The position numbers and the translations under genes are program-made. Source: Malacoraja senta (Eukaryota). Taken from it: 59,244 bases of DNA. Of this stretch, positions 48,730 to 59,244 are shown in pieces (the first letter of the stretch is position 1; each line of letters starts with the position of its first letter). Under the pieces are notes generated by a model, which made no database searches, had not been told where the DNA came from, and worked only from the letters and a program-made list of their open reading frames with translations. The stretch lies in contig JAXLNO010000568.1 in NCBI GenBank assembly GCA_038087875.1, positions 1 through 59,244 on the forward strand, read 5' to 3'.

Positions 48730-49649
48730 CTGTTTTATTGTCAGAATGTAGGCTGGTGCTTCATTTGTCAGCTGAATGATAAGAAATACTGGAAAAAATG
48801 CTTTGTGTTTCATTTGTTAATTGACATGTACGGTAAGCCCTATTGCAAACCACCATTGTTTGCTGTGGTGCTCCATTTATCAAGATGTGTAAAAATGGCC
48901 TTTATTTATTGAACAAGATGAATAAAGACTGTTTCACATTCACAGTGTGGTTTGTCTTATTTTCTGAGGTAAAATTATTTTACATTTAAAAGGCACAGCA
49001 AATGATTGTGAGATGTAAGATGAGAGTAGATCGCATCCTCTATTTGGTGTTTCATGATGAAGGAAATAGTGCATTAAAGTCATGATACTATGGAATTATA
49101 TTAAAATGAACAAACAGTGAGAATCAAATGGATTCTTAAGGTGTTTAACTATCACCCACTACAAAATGTGGGAGTTTGCAAATAAAACGAAAAACAGCTC
49201 AAACAGGGAAAAAACACAATTAACATACAAATAAGAATCTACATCAAAAGATAAACTTTACTACAGACCCATGTCTCTGACCCTCTCTCTCTCTCCCTTC
49301 ATCCAAAGCTGTTTTTGTTTCACAGAGACAGCTGTCTCCATATCCAGATGCCAATGCAGATAAGACTGTTACAGCAGGTGCAGATGTGTGAAAGTGAGTA
49401 GGGTTCTCTGGAAAAGAATTAGGAAGTACATGTTAAAAGCTTTTTAGCAGACCATAAAAAGGTGCAGTTGGGTTATTCCAGATTTTACTGTAAACTTTAT
49501 GAAAATGTATTCTCTTTTAGGGCAAATCATGGACTATTCTTGCATCACATCACTCAAGGAAGATAATTAGTTTAATGGCCTTAAGCGGTTGTGAATGAAA
49601 ATTATTTAAACTACAATCTAACACAAAATAATACGCTTTGAATTGTATA
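48730..49649 (+). repeat. Direct duplication of about 0.9 kb, copy 1
   Basis: Collinear with 54028-54898 plus 56463-56500. Confidence 0.93.
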
Positions 49650-50477
49650 ATGTGGATAAATGTGAGGTTATCCACTTTGGTAGCAATAACAGGAAAGTAG
49701 ACTAGTATCTGAATGGTGGCCGATTAGGAAAAGGGGAGATGCAACGAGACCTGGGTGTCATGGTACACCAGTCATTGAAAGTGGGCATGCAGGTGCAGCA
49801 GGCAGTGAAGAAAGCGAATGGTATGTTAGCATTCATAGCAAAAGTATTTGAGTACAGGAGCAGGGAGGTTCTACTGCAGTTGTACAGGGTCTTGGTGAGG
49901 CCACACCTGGAGTATTGCGTGCAGTTTTGGTCTCCTAATCTGAGGAAAGACATTCTTGCCATAGAGGGAGTACAGAGAAGGTTCACCAGACTGATTTTTG
50001 GGATGTCAGGACTTTCATATGAAGAAAGACTGGATAGACTTGGCTTGTACTCGCTATAATTTTGAAGATTGAGGGGGGATCTTATAGAAACTTACAAAAT
50101 TCTTAAGGGGTTGGACAGGCTAGATGCAGGAAGATTGTTCCCGATGTTGGGGAAGTCCAGAACAAGGAGTCACAGTTTAAGGATAATGGGGAAATCTTTT
50201 AGGACCGTGATGAGAAAAACATTTTTCACACAGAGAGTGGTGAATCTCTGGAATTCTCTGCCACAGAAGGTATTTGAGGCCAGTTCATTGGCTATATTTA
50301 AGAGGGAGTTAGATGTGGCCCTTGTGGCTAAAGGTATCAGGGGGTATGGAGAGAAGGCAGATACAGGATACTGAGTTGGATGATCAGCCATGATCATATC
50401 AAATGGCGGTGCAGGCTCGAAGGGCCGTATGGCCTACTCCTGCACCTATTTTCTATGTTTCTATGTTTCTATGTTTC
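49646..50477 (+). mobile_element. CR1 LINE 3' fragment
   Basis: [32 protein letters not shown], (tttctatg)n tail. Confidence 0.93.
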
Positions 50478-50479
50478 TA

Positions 50480-53400
50480 ACATCTCCAGAGGGCTCAACG
50501 GTGATACCTGGCATCCCAGTTACACCCCCTCAATTCCGTACCCTCCTGTCTTCATCTTGCAGCCCAATTGTTGTCTCTCCTTTTGATCCAAATCCAATTG
50601 CTGATTTTTTCTGCAGAAATTGATAATGATTTGATTGCTTGTTGGAGGGAGCGACCCCTCACCCCCATTTTCTTTAATAGCCTGGTCATAGATGTAGCAA
50701 CAAATCCCCTGCATCCCACTTCGACAGGGAAAATCTTGGTCTTCCAGCCATTCTGGGAAGCTTCAGGTGCCAGTTCAGAGTACTAGGTCTTTTTCCTCTC
50801 ATAAGCTTCTTCAACACCATCTTCCCATGGAACTGTCAATTCCATAACGTATGCCAACTTGACTGTTGTGGACCAAAGGACCATGTCTGGCCGAAGTGTT
50901 GTAGCCACAATGTCTGGGGGAAACACAAGCCTTTTTTCTAAGTCCACTTCCATTTTCCAATCCCAAGCAGGCTGCAGAATGCTTGCATCCATTGATGTTA
51001 TCTGGTGCTCTGGAGGTTGGCCTGCTGGTACAAATGTTGTGAAGTGGACATTTCCTGCCGATGTTGGTGGGGAAACATTTGTGATCGTTCGCCTCTGTTC
51101 AAGGATTGATGACAGCTGTTTGAGAACTTGGTTATGCCGCCAAGTAACGCCCTTGGCCGAGGCTCATAGTGCATCCTGTTAAAATGTGCCTTAGTGATGC
51201 AGGTGCTTGGCAAAGGGAGCAAGTGGGGTCTTCTCTGAACCACTGCTTCAGGTTCTGGGGTGAGGGTAGAACATAAGTGGCTCTGATGACAAAACTGAGC
51301 CGAGATCCTTCCATTTGCCAGATGTCATGCCAGCTGAGTTTCCTCTTTTCCAGGCTCTTCCAGTTAGTCCATTGGCCCTGCTTGGCCATTGAGATGGCCT
51401 TGGCGTGTTGCTCTGCCTCCTCCCGTCTTCTCACCTCCTCCACCACGAGCCGTCTCTTCTGCACTGATGTTGCCTTGTGTCATTGAGGAGATTTTGGGCC
51501 GAGCCCGAGCCCGGCTCTCCCGTGTTGGTCTTGACCAACCACATCCTGGAAATGAAGAGCAGACTTAGCACTCTGAACGGCTTCAGATGGGGCCCACTTC
51601 CTCCCCGTTGCCACACTGGGGGCCGCTGTTCGAATAACAGTATCTTCAGATTCAGTGAGGGTCATGACCAACCTTGCTTTAGTGCATTTGAACTCTTCCA
51701 CAAGTCCTGCAATGGGTAATTCCAATTTGCCACTCCCGTACAGTCCGACAGCACTTAAGCATCGTGGAAGTCCAAGCCACTGTTTCACATGTGTGCTGAG
51801 CATTCTTTCCAGCTTTTCCACTTTGTTGATGGGAATTTCATACATAGTTAAAGGCCACATGATTCTTGGTAGAATGCCAAATTGGAAGCACCACAGCTTG
51901 AGGTTTCCTGGTAGCAAGGTCTTGTTGATGCGAGCTATGTGCATGATGGTATCCTTTTTCAGTTGTTCAAACTGCTCGGTGTCCTTGAGCTTTGCATCAT
52001 ACCATCGGCCCAAACTCTTCACTGGCATTTCTGAAACAGTTGGAACAGGTATTCCGTCAATTTGATATCTTTGATCCTTGACTTGACCTTTGACAATGGA
52101 GATGCTTCTGCACTTGCTGGGTTTAAACTTCATCCTTGCCCATGTGATGTTTTGATGAAGTTTTTCCAGAAGTCTCTTGGTGCAAGGGATAGTTGTTGTT
52201 AGTGTTGTTATATTGTCCATAAAGGCTCGTACCGGTGGCAATCGCTGACCACACTGTAGCCGTTTTCCTCCCACAACCTATTTTGATGCTCTGATAATGA
52301 GCTCCATTGCCATAGTGAAGGTCAATGGGGAGATGGTGCACCCCGCCATGATGCCTACTTCCAGTGCTTGCCACGCTGTGGTGAAGTCTGATGTTGTGAG
52401 ACAAAATTGCAGATCCTGGAAGTAGTTTTTATCAGATTTGTAATTATTGCAAGCACCTGAAAGAATTCAGAAGGAGTCTACAGTAGCGAATGAGGAACTG
52501 ATCCATAGGTGTTGGTCAGATCGTGGAACAAGACATGCAGATTCTTTCGTTCTTTCTTGGCAGTCTGGATTTGATGCCATATGATGCTGGTATGTTTAAG
52601 GCATCCCGAGAAGCCTGCTATGCCAGCCTTTTGGATTGACGTATCAGTTAAATGGTTTTGTTTCAGATACTTTAAGTCTTTTCGCCACCACACTGAAAAA
52701 GATCTTGCCCTCTATGTTAACAAAGAAACATAGAAACATTGAAAATAGGTACAGGTGTAGGCCATTCGGCCCTTCGAGCCTGCACCGCCATTCAATATGA
52801 TCATGGCTGATCATCCAACTCTGTATCCTGTACCTGCCTTCTCTCCATACCCTCTGATCCCTTTAGCCACAAGGGCCACATCTAACTCCCTCTTAAATAT
52901 AGCCAATGAACTGGCCTCAACTACCTTCTGTGGCAGAGAGTTCCACAGATTCACCACTCTGAGTGAAAAAAGGTTTTCTCATCTCGGTCCTAAAAGATTT
53001 CCCCCTTATCCTTAAGCTGTGACCCCTTGTCCTGGACTTCCCCAACATCGGGAACAATCTTCCTGCATCTAACCTGTCCAACCCCTTAAGAATTTTGTAA
53101 GTTTCAATAAGATCCCCCCTCAATCTTCTAAATTCTAGCGAGTACAAGCCGAGTCTATCCAGTCTTTCTTCATATGAAAGTCCTGACATCCCAGGAATCA
53201 GTCTGGTGAACCTTCTCTGTACTCCCCCTATGGCAAGAATGTCCTTCCTCAGATTTGGAGACCAAAACTGTACGCAATACTCCAGGTGTGGTCTCACCAA
53301 GATCCTGGACAACTGCAGTAGAACCTCCCTGCTCCTATACTCAAATCCTTTTGCTATGAAAGGTTTATTAAGAAGGTTTATTTGCCGAAACTGTGCGATG

Positions 53401-53770
53401 GTGGAATAATTTTTTTCTTTTGGGATCGGGCCTCGCCCCGCTCTTCGCCAGGCTTTGGGGATGACTTCCTTTTCCCACGCAACTCTCATGTTCCTCCAGA
53501 GGAATTTCAGTATATCTGGGGCATTCTTGTAGGCACAATATGGAACACCATTAGGGCCTGGTGCAGAGGCCGTTCTTGCCTACCTCACTATTTCTTTTCC
53601 CTCACTCAGCTTGGGAGGGCTGGTGTCAAATTGATGTTGTGGGGGTGAGATTGGTGGGATGTCAGCGCGGACAAAAATCGGTTCATCTTTTAATTCATCA
53701 GTGTGGATGGTTCTGATGTGTCTTTCAACCTCCTTTTTTTGACGATGATGATATTGCTGGGGTCACGGAC
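50480..53770 (-). mobile_element. HERO-type (R2 superfamily, RLE endonuclease) retrotransposon, degenerate
   Basis: QFRQINLLN/IEGKIFFSVV, QKAGIAGFSGC, RAFMDNIT, CSLC..LRHILTGC..QGRY, RPDMVLWS..ELTVPWE, WIWIKR. Confidence 0.85.
52725..53362 (-). mobile_element. CR1 LINE 3' fragment nested in HERO
   Basis: FIAKGFEYRSREVLLQL..RPHLEYC; it splits the HERO RT at the INLLN/IEGK motif. Confidence 0.92.
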
Positions 53771-54027
53771 AGTGAGGTAGGCTGTCAAAGTATTCAGCAG
53801 GATATAGATCAGATGCAGAAATGGGTGGAAAAATGGAGGATGGAGTTTAACCCGAGCATGTGTGAGGTGTTGCACTTTGAGATTTCAGTTTAAGTGTGGA
53901 TTTTTATTTTCATTTTTGTGTAAATAATTTCATTGCAGATGTCTGTTCATAAAGTGGTATTTATCATGCATCTGCTGGTCTGATTAGTGTAGGTAGATCT
54001 GCAAATTCATTGAATTCATTGCATTGT

Positions 54028-54898
54028 CTGTTTTATTGTCAGAATGTAGGCTGGTGCTTCATTTGTCAGCTGAATGATAAGAAATACTGGAAAAACGTCT
54101 TTGTGTTTCATTTGCTTATTGACATGTACGGTAAGCCCTATTGCAAACCACCGTTGTTTGCTGTGGTGCTCCATTTATCAAGATGTGTAAAAATGGCCTT
54201 TATTTATTGAACAAGATGAATAAAGACTGTTTCACATTCACAGTGCGGTTTGTCTTATTTTCTGAGGTTAAATTATTTTACATTTAAAAGGCACAGCAAA
54301 TGATTGTGAGATGTAAGATGTGAGTAGATCGCATCCTCTATTTGGTGTTTCATGATGAAGGAAATAGTACATTAAAGTCATGATACTATGGAATTATATT
54401 AAAATGAACAAACAGTGAGAATCAAATGGATTCTTAAAAAGGTGCTTAACTATCACCCACTACAAAATGAAACAATCTCAAACAGGGAAAATACACCATT
54501 AACATACAAATAAGAGTCTACATCAAAAGATAAACTTTACTACAGACCCATGTCTCTGAGCCTCTCTCTCTCTCCCTTCATCCAAAGCTGTTTCTGTTTC
54601 ACGGAGACAGCCATCTCCATATCCAGAAGCCAATGCTGTTAAGGCTGTTACAGCAGGCTGCTGATGTGTGAAAGTGAGTAGGGTTCTCTGGAAAAGAATT
54701 AGGAAGTACATGTTAAAAGCTTTTTAGCAGACCATAAAAAGGTGCAGTTGGGTTATTCCAGATTATACTGTAAACTTTATGAAAATGTATTATCTTTTCG
54801 GGCAAATCATGGACTATTCTTGCATCACATCACTCAAGGAAGATCATTAATTTAATGGCCTTATGCGGTTGTGAATGAAAATTATTTAAACTACAATC
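54028..54898 (+). repeat. Direct duplication of about 0.9 kb, copy 2 (resumes at 56463-56500)
   Basis: Matches 48730-49618. Confidence 0.93.
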
Positions 54899-56462
54899 CT
54901 TTTTAAAATATTTTATTTATTAGAAGTAATGTACATTACAGTGATATAAGCCAAAAATAACATAATACATTTCCTGTACCACTTCTTGTTTTAAACTTTA
55001 AAAAGGAGAAGAATAGAGAAAGTTAGATAAGATAGTAAGTGCGTGAAAGAGTGATCAGGAGAAACCCGTAGAAACGTAAAACACGAGAAAGAGTAAAAAC
55101 GAAAACCAAAGGAAAAGAAAGAGAAAAATAGAGAACAGAAGATATAAGAAAGTAAAATAAGATAAAAGGGAGGTACCTACTTCATATCTTTACACACCCC
55201 TCACCAGGTCCTGAAACCATTTATATTACACTTCGTATCTTTACACACCCCTCACCAGGTCCTGAAACCATTTATTTTCAAAGTTATGTTGCACCCTATG
55301 CTTGCAATAAGTCGATAAATGGAGACCAAATCTTTTGGAATGGTCTGATTTGCCTGCTAGGAGGAATCTCATGTCTTCCAGGTGTAACATTTCGGACATA
55401 TTTGAAATCCACATTTTTATCGTTGGTGTGGGAGCGTTTTTTCCAGAATTTAAGTATGTTTTTTTGCCATTATTAAGCCGTAATTAAGGAAGCTCTTTTG
55501 GAACAAAGTCAGCTCAAAGCTGGCTTCCATTGTTCGAAAAATAATAAATTCTGCGTTCGGTTTCAGTTTTATTTTAAATAATTTTGTAAAAATTTCAAAG
55601 ATTTCATTCCAAAATGTTTGGAATTTTATACAAAAAACAAAGGAATGTGCTATAGTTGCTTCTTGGGATAGACATTTATCACAGATGGGGGAGACATTTG
55701 GAAAACATTTACTTATTTTAGTTTTTGAGTAATATAGTCTATGTAAGGTTTTGAATTGGATTAGAATATGTCTTACATTGATCGAGCATTTGTGCACATA
55801 TAGCAAGTGTTTATCCCAACTCTCTTTCAAGATTTCTATAGCTAGTTCTTGTTCCCAATCTCTTCTAATTCTATCGGATGATGGTATTTCTATATTTAGG
55901 ATGATATTATACAAGTATGATATTAAATTAGTTGATTCCGCCTTTATATTCATTGCTTCGTCTAATAGGTCTGGAGACAAATTTTGATATTCTTGTGTAT
56001 ATATTTTCAAATAATCACGGATTTGAAAATATTTAAAATATTGATTACTTCTCAGATTGTATTTAAGTTGTAGTTGGTGGAATGATAAAAAATTCCATTT
56101 TCATACATGTCTCCAAATGTTTTAATTCCTATTCTTTCCCAATGTGTAAATGATTTATCTATAATGGATGGTTTAAACGACGGATTATTAACTATGGGAG
56201 AGAGAAGCGATAGGTTTCTTAATTTTAGGGTTCATTTTATTTGTTTCCAAATTCTAATTGTACTATGAATAATTGGATTTTTACTGTATATTGTATTATT
56301 CAGTTTATTGGTGAGAGAAAGATCGCTCCTATATTAAAAGGGGAGCAATTCTCTCTCTCCATTACTATCCAATCCACCCGTTGGGCAGAGTTGTCCAACA
56401 GGTGAATCACATTTTTGACATTTGCTGCCCAATAATAATACAAAAAATTAGGGAGTGTTAAG
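54899..56462 (-). mobile_element. L1-clade LINE 3' fragment
   Basis: LPNFLYYYWAAN; IQFKTLHRLYY..CDKC....TIAHSFVFC (CCHC knuckle); polyA-signal-like end; degenerate TSD ctacaatc / ctgcgatc. Confidence 0.88.
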
Positions 56463-57108
56463 CTGCGATCTAACAAAAATAATACGCTTGGAATTGTATA
56501 CCAACACACATTAAATCATTGTGACAATCTTATATGAGAAGTAAAGATATTGAAGCCAAGCGATAACAGAAGTAGTTATAATTGAAATGGCATATTTACA
56601 TTCTCGTGGTGGTAGACGATTGCATTAGTCAAGAGAACTTTTGTGAACACCCACACGTTCCCTGTGGGATTGTTGGTTATCACTGAGGCCACACACTCAC
56701 AGACTTTAAATACATGGGCGTATTGCGGTGTCGTTTCCCTGTGTGCATCACTCATCACTTTTATACTTTTTACAAGGTCAGTGAGCTGAAACATAAGAAC
56801 CCATGTTAAGAGCGCAATGGTGGATGGATGGATGCATTGGCGAATGAGAATTGAAATGTGCTGCCTTCTAACTCTATGTACTTACAACAGTCAAGTGGTC
56901 TTTAAAACCTCTCCCTTCGTCATCCCCTCCAGGTGTGGTGCCGCCACTGTTGCTCTCCTGCAACATCTCCCTCCTGGAATGCTGGTGGATGGGCCCGGCG
57001 AAGAGTTCCCCTCCAGACGATCATCCACCTCCTGCTCACTGCTCTGTTGTTGATGCTGGAATCATTTTTACAATGTGTCCAGAGCCTCATGACTGTAACT
57101 ATGACGTG

Positions 57109-58190
57109 AGGCAACAGAAGGGATGCGAGGATGGTTTGCTGCCTACCAGGTGCCAGGATCCAGGATGTCACAGACAGAGTGGAGAAAATCCTCAAGAGCG
57201 AAGGTGAACAGCCGGAAGTTGTAGTGCATGTTGGCACAAACGATGTCGGAAAGAAGGGGATGAATATTCTGAAGCGTGACTTTAGAGAGCTCAGAAAAAT
57301 GCTGAAAAGCAGGACTTCCAGGGTGGTTATCTCCAGTTTGCTTCCAGTTCCTCGTGCTGGCGAGAGCAGGAACAGGGAGATACGGGCCCTGAATGCATGG
57401 CTGGGGAACTTGTGCAGGGGGCAGGGATTTAGATTTTAGACCACTGGGATCTGTTTTGGAGTAAGGGGGAACTGTACAAAAGGGACGGATTTAACCTTAA
57501 CAGGTGGGGGACCAGCATTCTGGCAGGCAGGTTTGTCACTGCTACACAGGTGGTTTTAAACTGAATAAGGGGGGGAGGTGTCAAATGGGATAGTCGATGA
57601 TGGAGTTAAAGGGAAAGGGAGTAAGGAGATAGTTAATGACCCCAGAATTAATGGGAAAGGAAGCTCACAAAGGGATAGGAGAGTATGGCCATGTGTAATA
57701 GGGATCGATGTGAAAGGTGACATGCGTAAGGAATTAAAAGTATTGTATTTGAATGTGCGAAGTATAAGAAGAAAAGTAGATGAGCTTGAGGCTTAGTTAG
57801 AGGTTGGTAGATATGACATTGTGGGGATTACTGAGACGTGGCTGCAGGAGGATCGGGCCTGGGAACTTAATATTCAGGGTTATACATCCTATAGAAAGGA
57901 CAGGCAGGTGGGCAGAGGAGGGGGGTAGCTCTGCTGGTGAGGGATGGAATTCAGTCCCTTGCGAGGGAAGACATAGGGACTGATGAGGTAGAGTCACTGT
58001 GGATTGAGTTGAGGAATTGTAAAGGCAAGAAGACACTAATTGGTGTTATTTACAGACCCCCAAATAATAGCCCGGATGTAGGGTGTAAGTTGCAGCAAGA
58101 GTTAAAACTGGTATGTAACAAAGGTAATGCCACTGTGGTGATGGGGGATTTCAATATGCAGGTAGACTGGGAAAATCAGGTTGGTTCAGG
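57109..58190 (+). mobile_element. CR1 LINE 5' part (ORF1 esterase and ORF2 endonuclease)
   Basis: CCLPGARIQDV..HVGTNDVG; YLNVRSI; GVIYRPPN..MGDFN. Confidence 0.92.
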
Positions 58191-59244
58191 AGTTTGAGTG
58201 CCAGATGGAAGTTGGTGGTGAAATGGATGAAGTCAGTGTGGGTGCAGGAGGTGGCACCAATGCAGTCATCGATGTAGCAGAGGTAGAGGTCGGGGATGGG
58301 GCCCTGGTACGTCTCGAACAAGGATTGTTCTACGTACCCTACAAAGAGGCAGGCGAAGCTGGGGCCCATGCGCCTGCCCATAGCTACGCCTTGTATTTGG
58401 AGGAAATGGGAGGAGTACAATGAGAAGTTATTAAGGGTAAGGACCAGCTCCGCTAGGCAGAGGAGAGTATCTGTAGATGGGGATTGGTTGGTTCTCCGGT
58501 CGAGGAAGAACCGGAGGGCTTTGAGACCATCCTGGTGGGGGTAGGAGTTGTAGAGTGACTGGACATCCATGGTGAAGATGAGGGGATGGGGGCCTAGAGA
58601 ATGGAATGCCCGGAGATGACGGAGAGTGTCTGAGGTGTCTTGAACATAGATAGGGAGGGATTTAACCAGGGGGATAGGATGGAGTCGAGTTATGGGGAAA
58701 TAAGTTCGGTGGGGCACGTACAGGCAGAGACAATGGGTCTACCGGGACAGTCAGGTTTGTGGATTTTGGGGAGAAGGTAAAATCGGGCCGTGCGGGGCTG
58801 GGGAACGATGAGGTTGGAGGCTCGGGGGGGCAGGGAGCTGGAGTGGATGAAGTCAGTGATGGTGCTGGAGATAGTGGCCTGGTGCTCGTCAGTGGGGTCA
58901 TGGTCCAGGGGTAAGTAGGAGGAGGTGTCCGAGAGTTGGCGCGTGGCCTCAGCTTTGTAGAGATCGGCGCGCCAGACTGCCACGGCACCTCCCTTGTCGG
59001 TGGGTTTGATCAGCCTGTCTGGGTTGTTGCGGAGTGAGTCGATGGCTGTACGTTCAGGGGGGGAGAAGTTGGAGTGAGACAGGGGAGTGGAGAAGTTGAG
59101 GAGGTTGATGTCCCGCTGGCAGTTTTGAATAAATAGGTCTAAAGCCGGAAGGCCATGGGGGGGGGGGGGGGGGTCCAAGAGGAGGTGGTCCGTTGGAGAC
59201 GGGAAAAGGGATCAACAATAGGGGGCGAGGACTCCTTCCCATGG
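58191..59244 (-). mobile_element. Penelope-like element RT region (runs off the window)
   Basis: IKPTDKGGAVAVW, FYLLPKIHKPDCPGRPIVS, TMDVQSLY, GVAMG..MGPSFA, YIDDC. Confidence 0.92.

Overview
Repeat-dense eukaryotic genomic DNA, most likely from a cartilaginous fish (probably a skate or ray, judging by the CR1, Rex1, Penelope and SINE families). It contains no rRNA, tRNA or CRISPR. The only clear host gene is at the left end on the + strand: a leader exon plus four phase-1 immunoglobulin-domain exons (701-6446) in V-C2-V-C2 order, resembling the CD4/LAG-3/G6F-like group. Its first domain has no cysteines, domain 3 has a 1-nt frameshift, and I found no transmembrane exon in the window. The rest is nested retroelements: a DIRS element with intact ITR/ICR termini and a 1517-bp tandem duplication of its 3' end, many CR1 pieces (one nearly intact, inside a satellite), L1, L2, Rex1, HERO, Penelope and a Harbinger fragment. 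A large inverted segmental duplication spans about 14.3-22.8 kb versus 25.3-35.8 kb, and its arms carry different later insertions. There is also a direct duplication of about 0.9 kb. All alignments were done by eye, so repeat boundaries are approximate and family names come from recognised motifs, not database searches. I see no convincing wholly new system. The Ig receptor and the rearrangement history are the best leads.
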